From an uncultured bacterium (lineage in GTDB: Bacteria; Zixibacteria; MSB-5A5; CAIYYT01): a stretch of DNA of 58,235 nucleotides. Location: positions 1 to 58,235 of the forward strand of contig CAIVAP010000101.1 in the NCBI GenBank assembly GCA_903903945.1. Direction: 5' to 3'. The notes below the pieces were generated by a model. The model worked only from the letters and a program-made list of their open reading frames with translations. It searched no databases and was not told where the DNA came from. This document shows, piece by piece, positions 37,293-46,350 of the stretch (position 1 is its first letter; each line of letters starts with the position of its first letter). The position numbers and the translations under genes were made by a program.

Positions 37293-40109
37293 TTACATTC
37301 CTTGGCAGTGTGGCGTGGCACCACCCACGAAAATATAGGCGATTAGGTACACAGCATCAGAAATATTAATCTTGCCATCGCCACTGGCGTCTCCCATGCC
37401 GTTTGGATAATTGCAGTCTCCCGGAGGTGTGCCACCTGCGAAAATATAGGCGATTAAGAACACCGCGTCGGCAATATTAATGTTGCCGCTGCCGTTGGCG
37501 TCTCCACATGTGCAGGTTCTGATCGCGTGGGCAAGAAAAATGTTCCGGAAAGTCTCACCCGCCGGATAACCTTTGCGGGCCCAACCGGCCGTGAATTGGC
37601 TGATATTGTTGCAATACTGCTGTCCCGCGGAATCCGGCCAGGGGTCATAGTCCCAGAAGACGTCCCAGATGGCGTCGATGCCAGACCAGCTATCACTCGT
37701 ATTATGGTCATTGTTGTGCCCCCAAATCTGCCCGCCGTAAAGATAGTTATCGTCATCCACCTTGTCGTATAGATCCCAGAGCGCTTCTGCAACCGAACCC
37801 TCAACATCAGCGCCGTTGTAGAAGGGGGTGGAATTGGAGGCGGCGCCCTGGCTCATACTGAGGACATACGGTATGTCTGGGGAGGGCCGTTCCATGTCCC
37901 CACTCCAAACGTTGTGCCCAATGTTGTTCCGATCGAAGAAGTCCGGCATGCTCCTGAGTACTCCTTGGAAGAACCATGCCCAACCCTCTTGATAGGCCAG
38001 TATCTTGGATTTCCAGGCATCAGCCCCCATATGAGCAGGGTACCAATATTCGTGGTCACCGCCCCCGTTTGGATCGAGGGATGCATAGGTGTTCATGATC
38101 ATGTGCGAGTACTCATGAAAGATGACCGGGTAGTCCCACTGATCGCGGTCTGCATAAGGGTCGGCGTCACCGCGCAAGAAAATGGCCTTACTCCCGCCGA
38201 CGATAAACCCCCCGTAGTTGGGGGTTATTGCCTGCGAACAGGCGCTGTCCCAGAGTATCGGCGTTGGCGTTGGTAGGGGATAAGGATTCACTTTGCTGAC
38301 CAGATCGCTCTTGGCGGCCACCATTGCTCTGGCGATGTTGAACGCCCCGACCTTTGCAGGTTGACGAATACAAGTCCATGTCGTATCGATGTCTACGGTT
38401 TGGTACCCTAGATTCGTAATCGAGAGAGCCACACCGTAAGGATACAAGTTATCTCCAACGTCGAAGCTATGATCTTCGGCATACAGAACGCTGGCATTGT
38501 CACTCTCAGCGTAAAAGCAGAGCACACACTCGGCTTCGTCACTCCAGAGCGACAGAAACCCAGTTACGCTTGAGTAACCTTCGGTGAGGATGTGCCAGTA
38601 TCCCAGGCCATCCTGATACCAAACCGCTGCATATATCAGGGCGGCAGGCAACAGCCCGCCGGTCTCATTCTGGAAATACCATTGCGAGTAAATGTTGTAC
38701 ACTTGCAGGCTGCTGATGAGCCTGATCACCAACGTGTCTTTCCCTACGTGTATGAAGATATCTCCCGTGCCCTTCGCACTCGATCTTCGAAGGAGAAGAG
38801 TACTGCTGTCTCTGATCGAGACCCTGCCGAAATTCGAGTTGACTACTCTTGCCGAGTCAATCTTGGGAACACCGCCGATTTCGATTTCATGTTGCTGGTT
38901 CGTCTTGGCCTTAATGTCACCGAGTAGGATTCGTCTGCTTGTCTGCTGATTCAGGTTGGAAACCACAAACCGATATTTTCTGACAGCTTCTTCTTCCTTG
39001 CCGCCTATCGCAGTCTCTGGGGGAATCTCCTTTGATACCTCCAGTTTCATCTTCTTGGTCTGCATCTCTGGTGGCGGCCCCAACCCATCCAACTTCTTGA
39101 TCATGACCGTGCTATTTTTCAGTTGATGCCATCCTGTGTCAGGTTGCGAGGTAATGGGAATCCTGACCGAATTCTGGACTATTTTTGACATGAAGGCGAA
39201 AGTGTTTCCTCGATCAGTTGATGGATCCCAGTCGCTCTTCGGTGTACAGGCCACGATTTCGGCCGCGATCTGATAAGTTCCTTCAAAGGTGGCATCCTCT
39301 CCAATCGAGAAGACTTCTGTCTTGCCGACAACAATCGGCGTCAATTCCGAGCTGTATTTCCTTGGCGAGTTGTCAGGTCGAGTGATCAAGATTGTCGCCT
39401 GCCAGACCGAATCCCACACGCCACAGTCAGGCATCTCGTCGAATTTTAGCGAGATCTGTACTTGAAGTTCATCACCGATTTTCTGCGGTGTTTTGAGAAC
39501 CGATACCTCCCAAGTTGCCGGTGGTTCTTTTGGAATATACCGGAACCCTCCGTAACCACTTTCTGAAGGCTGGGGGCCGGCTGGCTGCGCCATCGGCCCG
39601 GGCTGTCCGCGGTAAATGACTTTGTCACGGTTCTGAATCCTCGTGGTCTTCCCTATGGGGCTTTGAAGCAAAATGTACTCCGCGTCCGTCATAGCTCGAC
39701 AAAGTGTGTCGCTGACCTGAATATAAAAATCAGAATCGTTCGTAAATCTTATGGAATCAGGCCGATCGCCTTCCGCCACTACCTTAACCCGCCAGATGCC
39801 CCGAGCCGTAGCCCGGATCACGCCTTTGAAAAAGACTGCTCCGGTATCCGTTTCGGCGTACTTCTCTTGCGGCTGACTGACGATCTCAAAACCACTGTCC
39901 AGAACGATTCTGGCAGTAATGTTCTTGACCTGCCTGGGCCAACACCAGACACTGATCGACACCGTGGACAAAGTTCCCAGACCGACCGTGTCGACATTGG
40001 TTACCCTTACTTCCATTGGACCCCGATTGGGACCAATTCCCCAACAGGGACTTGACATTAGCGCCCAACAAGCAACTATGCTTACCAACGCAATGCATAA
40101 CCTACTCAT
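37293..40109 (-). CDS. Secreted putative zinc metallopeptidase (HExxH) with a C-terminal double dockerin-type repeat
   Basis: 938 aa with a signal peptide and VIFHEYSHMI. The C-terminus carries GDANGSGNINIADAVFLIAYIF and GDASGDGKINISDAVYLIAYIF. Confidence 0.7.
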   Translation of the reverse strand: MSRLCIALVSIVACWALMSSPCWGIGPNRGPMEVRVTNVDTVGLGTLSTVSISVWCWPRQVKNITARIVLDSGFEIVSQPQEKYAETDTGAVFFKGVIRATARGIWRVKVVAEGDRPDSIRFTNDSDFYIQVSDTLCRAMTDAEYILLQSPIGKTTRIQNRDKVIYRGQPGPMAQPAGPQPSESGYGGFRYIPKEPPATWEVSVLKTPQKIGDELQVQISLKFDEMPDCGVWDSVWQATILITRPDNSPRKYSSELTPIVVGKTEVFSIGEDATFEGTYQIAAEIVACTPKSDWDPSTDRGNTFAFMSKIVQNSVRIPITSQPDTGWHQLKNSTVMIKKLDGLGPPPEMQTKKMKLEVSKEIPPETAIGGKEEEAVRKYRFVVSNLNQQTSRRILLGDIKAKTNQQHEIEIGGVPKIDSARVVNSNFGRVSIRDSSTLLLRRSSAKGTGDIFIHVGKDTLVIRLISSLQVYNIYSQWYFQNETGGLLPAALIYAAVWYQDGLGYWHILTEGYSSVTGFLSLWSDEAECVLCFYAESDNASVLYAEDHSFDVGDNLYPYGVALSITNLGYQTVDIDTTWTCIRQPAKVGAFNIARAMVAAKSDLVSKVNPYPLPTPTPILWDSACSQAITPNYGGFIVGGSKAIFLRGDADPYADRDQWDYPVIFHEYSHMIMNTYASLDPNGGGDHEYWYPAHMGADAWKSKILAYQEGWAWFFQGVLRSMPDFFDRNNIGHNVWSGDMERPSPDIPYVLSMSQGAASNSTPFYNGADVEGSVAEALWDLYDKVDDDNYLYGGQIWGHNNDHNTSDSWSGIDAIWDVFWDYDPWPDSAGQQYCNNISQFTAGWARKGYPAGETFRNIFLAHAIRTCTCGDANGSGNINIADAVFLIAYIFAGGTPPGDCNYPNGMGDASGDGKINISDAVYLIAYIFVGGATPHCQGM

Positions 40110-40347
40110 CTAAAACCTTCTTTCGTTTATAGCTGTTCGTTTCTCTTCAGTATTAAGGCAATCACGATTAGGGAAGTCTATTACTGAAACTCACCTCCTC
40201 AAGACACAGGTGTTGTTTTACACACGTGCCCCGTATGCTCGATGTAACTAATGGTCGCTCGGTGGGATGACGGATGAGGCAAAACCTCATCTCGTTCTGG
40301 CGGTATCCCGCTGCCTAATGCTACCACCCCTGAATACCATCTGTCAA
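40110..40347 (-). promoter_or_regulatory. Promoter plus ~210-nt conserved 5' leader of the 938-aa gene
   Basis: On the minus strand: TTGACA (40342-40347), an 18-nt spacer, TAGCAT (40318-40323). Hairpin GATGAGG/CCTCATC at 40273-40291. The core 40235-40309 matches 41311-41385 at 73 of 75 positions. Confidence 0.45.
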
Positions 40348-40388
40348 GCGATTTATTCCCGAAAAATGCAGATTCGCTGCGTTGGCAA

Positions 40389-41186
40389 CTATGCGGGATG
40401 AATGCCGGTGATCGCCGTGCCCAGGTACGTGTCACTCGAAGAAGGATTATCATACTGGTTGTCATTCCAGACTTCCACGTCACAATTGGCGGCCGGCCTG
40501 TACGAACCTTGCGGATCGCGAGCATCGTGGTAAAGCAGGCACCCGTTAATGTTAAACGTTCCCGAGCGTTTTCCTTTCCGGTTACGCTTCTGCAGAAGGC
40601 TATCCGGGATATGCGGTTTGGCGCTGGGTCCCCTCCGTGATGGCAATATCGTGATTGAATCAAGGTTGGGTTGCGGTGGCAGCTGGTGAAGCGACGGTAT
40701 TAGAAGATGCCGTTCAACAAACGTCATAGCCCGATTGAGTGTGTCGCTGATTTGAATGTAGACGTCTGATAAGACCGTGGTTCTTATCGTGTCAGACAAA
40801 GTGCCTAATGCTGCTACCCCGACTTTCCAAATGCCATTGGCGGTAGCCCGTATCATTCCCTTAAAAACACCGGTCGCGGTATCCGGCTCGGTATATGTCT
40901 CCTGCGGCTGAAGGACTATCTCATAGCCGCTGTCCGGAACGATTCTGGCGGTCACGTTCTTCACCTGCTTGGGCCAACACCGGACCCTGATCGATACGGT
41001 GGAGACAACTCCGAGGCCAACCGTATCAACACTTATCTTGCCTACTTCAAAGGGAGCATAGCTTCCGCTGCTAAAGGTTGCTTGCTGGGCGCTGTCGCTC
41101 CCCTTCGGTTGGGCCGCATATCCGGAATATGACATCAGGATGCTGCAGGCGACTATACCCGCCAACGCAGTACATAACCTATTCAT
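40389..41186 (-). CDS. Paralogue of the N-terminal ~200 aa of the 938-aa protein (possibly a truncated duplicate)
   Basis: VDTVGLGVVSTVSIRVRCWPKQVKNVTARIVPDSGYEIV... parallels VDTVGLGTLSTVSISVWCWPRQVKNITARIVLDSGFEIV.... The ORF ends exactly where the duplicated leader of the next gene begins. Confidence 0.5.
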   Translation of the reverse strand: MNRLCTALAGIVACSILMSYSGYAAQPKGSDSAQQATFSSGSYAPFEVGKISVDTVGLGVVSTVSIRVRCWPKQVKNVTARIVPDSGYEIVLQPQETYTEPDTATGVFKGMIRATANGIWKVGVAALGTLSDTIRTTVLSDVYIQISDTLNRAMTFVERHLLIPSLHQLPPQPNLDSITILPSRRGPSAKPHIPDSLLQKRNRKGKRSGTFNINGCLLYHDARDPQGSYRPAANCDVEVWNDNQYDNPSSSDTYLGTAITGIHPA

Positions 41187-41424
41187 TGAAACCTTCCTTC
41201 GTTCAAAGTTGTTCGTCTCTCTTCACTATTAACGCAATCATGATTAGGGAATTCTATTACTGCAGTTCACCTCCTCAAGACACAAATGGCGTATTGCACA
41301 CGTGTCCCTTATGCTCGATGTAACTAATGGTCGCTCGGTGGGATGGCGGATGAGGCAAAACCTCATCACGTTCTGGCGGTATCCCTGCCGCTTCGTGCTA
41401 CCACCCTCGAATACCATCTGTCAA
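41187..41424 (-). promoter_or_regulatory. Second copy of the promoter plus conserved 5' leader
   Basis: TTGACA (41419-41424), an 18-nt spacer, TAGCAC (41395-41400). Hairpin at 41349-41367. Confidence 0.45.
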
Positions 41425-41665
41425 GCGATTTATTCCAATCGGAAGTTCATTTATTTTCGAAGGTCTTGCATCAGGAAGATTTGGCCCCCAGAGGGAGAAA
41501 CAGGAGAGTAGATCAAGCCCTCTTGGGGCTTGACGTTCTTCGTCGGGCCGCAAGACGGCCTGACCTACTCTTGCTGTAGCCTGAATGGAAGTCGGAACCG
41601 CGGGGGTTTGGACCTACTGAACTGACTCCTCGCAATGATAATTCCAAGGTCTCTCAACAGTCGAT

Positions 41666-42511
41666 TCATGGTTTGCTCTGAGACGCCTTTTCCGCGCGTG
41701 ATGTCTTCTTGTTTCCCGTCTTGCCGCGGTCTGCCTTGAGGTTGCGTTCGATCAAAGCATAAGCGTTGTGGTTGTGAATCGATTCCAGATTCTCCGACTC
41801 GATGGTAAACCAGTCGATGCGATGATCGCGAGAGAGCTTCTCGGTCACACCACGGACGATGTCTTCGACAAATACCGGATTTTCGTACGCGGTCTCGGTA
41901 ACGTATTTCTCGTCCTCACGTTTGAGTAGCGAAAAGACTTCGCACGAGCCTTCTGCCTCGACCACGCGGATCAGTTCTTCCAACCAGATGAATTCATTGT
42001 AGCGCACGGAGAGAGTCACCAGTGAACGCTGATTGTGGGCGCCATACTTGGAGATTTCCTTCGAGCAAGGACAGACGGAGGTCACCGGAACCCGCACGGT
42101 CAGCAGCAAGTCGACTTTGTCATTACCGTTAAGCACCGCCGAAACCGTGCAATTGTAATCAATTAGTCCCAAAGCGCCCGATACCGGCGCTTTCTTCTCG
42201 ATGAAGTACGGGAATGTCAGCTCCAGATGCGCTTTCTCGGCTTTGAGTTTCTTGCGAGCCGTCTGCAGGATTTCCTCGATGCGGCAGATGTCAATGGCTT
42301 TGTCGCGGTAATCGTTGAGGATCTCAATGAACCGGCTCATGTGCGTGCCTTTGAACTGATGCGGCAAATCGACATAGAAATTGACATCGGCAACCGTCGT
42401 CTGCGTTTCATTCTTTTGATCCTGCACCACCACGGGCAGTTTGAGATTTTTGATGCCGACTTTGTCAATTTTGATATTGCGATGGTCGGGCATGCTTTGT
42501 ATGTCCTTCAT
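41666..42511 (-). CDS. folE2: GTP cyclohydrolase I type 2 (FolE2/MptA family)
   Basis: KDIQSMPDHRNIKIDKVGIKNLKLPV, GTHMSRF and VCPCSKEIS motifs. Confidence 0.88.
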   Translation of the reverse strand: MKDIQSMPDHRNIKIDKVGIKNLKLPVVVQDQKNETQTTVADVNFYVDLPHQFKGTHMSRFIEILNDYRDKAIDICRIEEILQTARKKLKAEKAHLELTFPYFIEKKAPVSGALGLIDYNCTVSAVLNGNDKVDLLLTVRVPVTSVCPCSKEISKYGAHNQRSLVTLSVRYNEFIWLEELIRVVEAEGSCEVFSLLKREDEKYVTETAYENPVFVEDIVRGVTEKLSRDHRIDWFTIESENLESIHNHNAYALIERNLKADRGKTGNKKTSRAEKASQSKP

Positions 42512-42698
42512 TTCGCTAACTCCAATGTACTATAGGCAACACGGATCGAGGCTGTCCCGCAAGTTTGCGCGAAAGAATCTGCACCGCTACATCTTTTGGT
42601 GCCAATGCAAGGAACCCACCGCAAGCGGTGGGCCACCCTACGCTTTGGAGACTTGTGCGACAACCTCGATTCCTCCTGCCCGATCCAGCGACTTGCAG

Positions 42699-43106
42699 TT
42701 ATCTTGTCACCTCGAAACGGTTATTTTCCGACTCCCAGAGAACGATCCTGGTCAGCATCCCGCCAGCAAAGCGGGCGTCGAGAATTTCCCAGATTTTGTT
42801 GGCAAGCGTTTCCGTGGTTGGAATCAGACCCCGCAAAAAATCAACATCAAGATTCAGGTTTTTGTGATCAATGCGCGACACGATCTCGGAATCGATAACA
42901 GCCTTCAGATCCTTGAGACTGATGATCATACCGGTCTCGGGATCAACCGCGCCGGTGACGCTGACCTCAAGCACGTAGTTGTGGCCGTGCCCGTTGGGAT
43001 TGGCGCACTCGCCGAATACGATCAGATTTTTCTCATCGCTAAACTGGGGATTGAAGAGCCGGTGACCGGCACAAAACGTAACGCGTTTGGTAATCGTAGT
43101 CTTCAT
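42699..43106 (-). CDS. 6-pyruvoyl-tetrahydropterin / 6-carboxy-tetrahydropterin synthase family (PTPS/QueD)
   Basis: From ATG 43106: MKTTITKRVTFCAGHRL...CANPNGHGHNY...IDHKNLN. The longer track ORF (to 43337) overlaps the upstream gene and was rejected. Confidence 0.85.
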   Translation of the reverse strand: MKTTITKRVTFCAGHRLFNPQFSDEKNLIVFGECANPNGHGHNYVLEVSVTGAVDPETGMIISLKDLKAVIDSEIVSRIDHKNLNLDVDFLRGLIPTTETLANKIWEILDARFAGGMLTRIVLWESENNRFEVTR

Positions 43107-43999
43107 ATTTCCTTGCTTTGCCTGACCTCCCCATCCGGTTCGAGTTGCGGCAACCGTCTGAGGAAGTGATTTCTGCGGTAATACAACACAAAGAGAAGGT
43201 AAAGGTTCATTGCTGTGACGACAAAGACGAGTCCGTATTGTGGCCGTCCCAGCAAGGCGGATACAATCAAAACAAAAATGTGAGTACCAAAACACAAGGG
43301 CGATTGCATTACCATGAGCGCTTTGTCTCCATACCAATCTGTCTTGGGGCAGGTGACGCAGCGTTTTAACAGCGTGTTGTCTACCGCCGCCACAAATCTA
43401 TCCTGCCAACTATACACGACAATATATGCGAACCGCAGCAGTTTCAAAAGGAGTCTTGCGGGAACGGGCAAAGCGCCGAGATCGAGATCGTCACGATCAG
43501 TCTCATCCCGTTTGGAGTTGAGTGAACCGATCCAGTATTGCTCGACATATGCAATCTGGTAGAAATTGAAGAAAGAGCACTGGAGGAAAATCGAAAATAA
43601 AGCAGCCAGCCCCCAAACCAGATAATGCTGTTTACCTAACCAGTAGGCGCGCAGGGAGATGGCAATGACGACCGAGGCCAGCACCAGAAAGTCACCGAGC
43701 GAGTCCAGATATCTGCCTATCAGATGCCCCCTGCCGGTCATCCGCGCCAGAGAGCCGTCGCAGGCATCGAAGAGGTCTTTGATATGCAACAGTATGGCGG
43801 CGGGAATCAGTCTACCTTGATAGAACATCAGCGCCGAAAGCAGCCCCGAACCGATGGCCGCCAACGTGACCAACTCGTGCGGGAAACGCAGCCAATACAA
43901 CAACCGCAGAACGCTCCGGTAGTAGAAGATCCAGATGACAGATATGTTGAAATACCGCTGCGAGACGGGAATCTTCTCCGCCTTCTCAAGATCAATCAT
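43103..43999 (-). CDS. CDP-alcohol phosphatidyltransferase family membrane protein
   Basis: DACDGSLARMTGRGHLIGRYLDSLGDFL matches Dx2DGx2ARx8Gx3Dx3D. Multiple TM helices. Confidence 0.8.
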   Translation of the reverse strand: MIDLEKAEKIPVSQRYFNISVIWIFYYRSVLRLLYWLRFPHELVTLAAIGSGLLSALMFYQGRLIPAAILLHIKDLFDACDGSLARMTGRGHLIGRYLDSLGDFLVLASVVIAISLRAYWLGKQHYLVWGLAALFSIFLQCSFFNFYQIAYVEQYWIGSLNSKRDETDRDDLDLGALPVPARLLLKLLRFAYIVVYSWQDRFVAAVDNTLLKRCVTCPKTDWYGDKALMVMQSPLCFGTHIFVLIVSALLGRPQYGLVFVVTAMNLYLLFVLYYRRNHFLRRLPQLEPDGEVRQSKEI

Positions 44000-44738
44000 C
44001 GGACTGCCAGTGTCGAGACTTGCCGTCCAGTATCAGATTGCCGCCGGTTATGGGGGTGGATTCATCGGAGGCAAGATACAAGATCTCACCGGCAACTTGC
44101 TCCGACGTCAAATCGGCTTTGACTCCGGGGGGTGCGGCTTGTTTGAACATCTGTGTGTCGACGCCGCTCAGGGAGATTTGGTTGACCCGGAGGTTGCGCT
44201 CTTTGTTTTCCAAGGCTAAAATCTCGGTAAGTCCCCAGAGACCATATTTGCTGATGTTGTAGGCGCCAAAACCGGGGAACTTGGTCACTTGGAAACAGCC
44301 GGAGAGTGAGGAGACATTGACGATTGTCCCCCAGCGCTTCCTGTCCATCATTGGCATAACTTTCTGACAAAGGTAGTAGGGCGCGAGCAGGTTTATGTCG
44401 AGCAGATGCTGGAATCGGTCAATGGGAAACTCGCGGGAACGTCCGGAAGCGAAAACAGCCGCGTTGTTGATGAGGATATCGACTGTCATACCGCGTTCGT
44501 CTACCAATTCGAAGAGCCGGTCAATTTGCCGGAGTTCGGCCAGATCAGTTGGGACGGACAAAACACGAATGTCACTGTTGTTTGTCTTGCATAACGCGAC
44601 TGTCTCGTCCAGTTGCAGAACCGTGCGCGCAATCAGAACGAGATCGGCGCCCTGCTCGGCGAACATCGTTGCCGTCGTGCGACCGATTCCCCGTCCCGCA
44701 CCGGTTATCAATGCGGTCTTGCCAAACAGGCTTTTCAT
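43992..44738 (-). CDS. Short-chain dehydrogenase/reductase (SDR)
   Basis: TGAGRGIGR, NNAA and YNISK motifs. The start is taken at Met14 (MKSLFGKTALITGAG). Confidence 0.85.
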   Translation of the reverse strand: MKSLFGKTALITGAGRGIGRTTATMFAEQGADLVLIARTVLQLDETVALCKTNNSDIRVLSVPTDLAELRQIDRLFELVDERGMTVDILINNAAVFASGRSREFPIDRFQHLLDINLLAPYYLCQKVMPMMDRKRWGTIVNVSSLSGCFQVTKFPGFGAYNISKYGLWGLTEILALENKERNLRVNQISLSGVDTQMFKQAAPPGVKADLTSEQVAGEILYLASDESTPITGGNLILDGKSRHWQSDD

Positions 44739-44973
44739 GCATATCATACGTATCTCCTTTACCCCAAAATAGGGCAAAGGGTGGAACGAGGCAACAAAGG
44801 TTCGGATCGCCTTCTTCCTGACTCGCAGAATAGTTTGTCTGCAATCAGGGAAAGCGAGAGACCGGACTATGTAAATCTACTTTCGCTGCAAGCCGAGGCA
44901 TCGAGTCATCCTGTTATGCAAGTCCTCTCGATGATTTCGGCACCAGCAACGACAAACGTTATTGAGGTTGAGA

Positions 44974-46350
44974 ATGGCCAAAGTGAATGACGTCCTGGAA
45001 GCTATCGGCAATACGCCGTTGATACAATTGAAGCGCATGGTACCGGCAGGTGCAGCCGAGGTTTATGCTAAGCTCGAATTTCTGAACCCGGGCGGGTCGA
45101 TCAAAGATCGCATGGCGAAATACATCATCGAGGATGCCGAGCAACGCGGCGAGTTGAAGCCCGGTGGCACAATCGTGGAGAATACATCGGGCAACACCGG
45201 AGTTGGTGTCGCAATCGTGGCCGCGGTGAAGGGCTACAAGACGATTTTTACGATACCGGACAAAATGTCTGATGAGAAAATCAACCTGCTCAAAGCCTTT
45301 GGCGCCAAGGTGGTTGTTACCAAGACCAATGTCCCCGCCGACAGCCCGGAGTCATACTACGAAACCGCCAAACGAATTCACCGCGAGACACCCGGATCGT
45401 TCTACCTAAATCAGTATCATAATCCTAAGAATATCGAGGCGCACTATAAGCTGACCGGGCCGGAAATCTGGGAGGATATGGAAAGACGCATCGACTATTT
45501 TGTCGCCGGCATCGGCACTGGTGGAACGTTGTCGGGCGCGGGTCGATACTTGAAGGAGCAAGACCCCAAAGTCCAAATCGTCGCTGTCGATCCATACGGA
45601 TCGGTCTTTTATGACTACTTCAAGACCGGCAAGCCGGGACTGCCGGAGGTGTACAAGGTTGAAGGCATCGGCGAAGACATGATCACGCAGGCGATGGATT
45701 TCTCGATTGTTGATGACATGATTCAAGTCACCGACAAAGACTGCTTTCTCACGGCGCGCGAGCTTACTACCAAGGAAGGAATGTTTGCCGGAGGTTCTTC
45801 CGGCGCAGCCGTCTGGGGCGCGCTGCAAGTGGCCAAGAAGGCCGGGCCGGGCAAGCGGATAGTTGTGGTTCTTCCCGACAGCGGCACACGTTATTTATCC
45901 AAGCTCTTTTCGGATGAATGGATGCGCGATTGGGGATTCCTTGACGATCGCCCCGATCTGGGAAGCGTACAGCAGATGTTAAATCGCAAAGGCAACGCGC
46001 CGATTTTCAGCGCCGCAGCAGGCGATTCAATGCTGGCCGTGATCGACAAAATGAAGCAACATGACATTTCGCAACTGCCGGTGCTTGCAAACGATGAGTT
46101 GGTTGGTCTGATTCGCGAGTCTGATCTGTTGGCCATGTTGGTCTCCGGCAAACACTCGTCCACCAATCCGATCCGCGAGGCGATCGAGGTCGACTATCAT
46201 ACGATAAGCCCACAGACGCCGGTGAGTCGGCTGGCTGAGATGTTTTCCAAGGGCAATTGCGACGTGGTTTTTGCCGTTGACAACAAGAAGCTGGTCGGTA
46301 TCCTGACCAAGATAGATTTGATCGATTATTTAGCAGGAGCACAGAGTTGA
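44974..46350 (+). CDS. Cystathionine beta-synthase-type enzyme (PLP cysteine-synthase fold plus a CBS domain pair)
   Basis: IGNTPL, NPGGSIKDR, SGNTG and GTGGT motifs, then two CBS-type repeats at the C-terminus. Confidence 0.85.
   Translation: MAKVNDVLEAIGNTPLIQLKRMVPAGAAEVYAKLEFLNPGGSIKDRMAKYIIEDAEQRGELKPGGTIVENTSGNTGVGVAIVAAVKGYKTIFTIPDKMSDEKINLLKAFGAKVVVTKTNVPADSPESYYETAKRIHRETPGSFYLNQYHNPKNIEAHYKLTGPEIWEDMERRIDYFVAGIGTGGTLSGAGRYLKEQDPKVQIVAVDPYGSVFYDYFKTGKPGLPEVYKVEGIGEDMITQAMDFSIVDDMIQVTDKDCFLTARELTTKEGMFAGGSSGAAVWGALQVAKKAGPGKRIVVVLPDSGTRYLSKLFSDEWMRDWGFLDDRPDLGSVQQMLNRKGNAPIFSAAAGDSMLAVIDKMKQHDISQLPVLANDELVGLIRESDLLAMLVSGKHSSTNPIREAIEVDYHTISPQTPVSRLAEMFSKGNCDVVFAVDNKKLVGILTKIDLIDYLAGAQS

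Noticed and set aside
40110-40388. c-di-GMP (GEMM) riboswitch in the conserved leader of the secreted dockerin protein
   Set aside because: No GEMM-I or GEMM-II conserved nucleotides were recognised. It is kept only as an unknown conserved leader.
42699-43337. 212-aa version of the PTPS/QueD ORF
   Set aside because: The N-terminal 77 residues overlap the CDP-alcohol transferase gene and have no homology. The conserved protein begins at MKTTITKRVTF (ATG 43106).
44778-44973. SAM or other sulfur-metabolism riboswitch upstream of the CBS/cystathionine gamma-lyase pair
   Set aside because: I could not find the SAM-I core (GAGGGA...GCAACC context) or other familiar motifs by eye. This remains unverified without cmscan.
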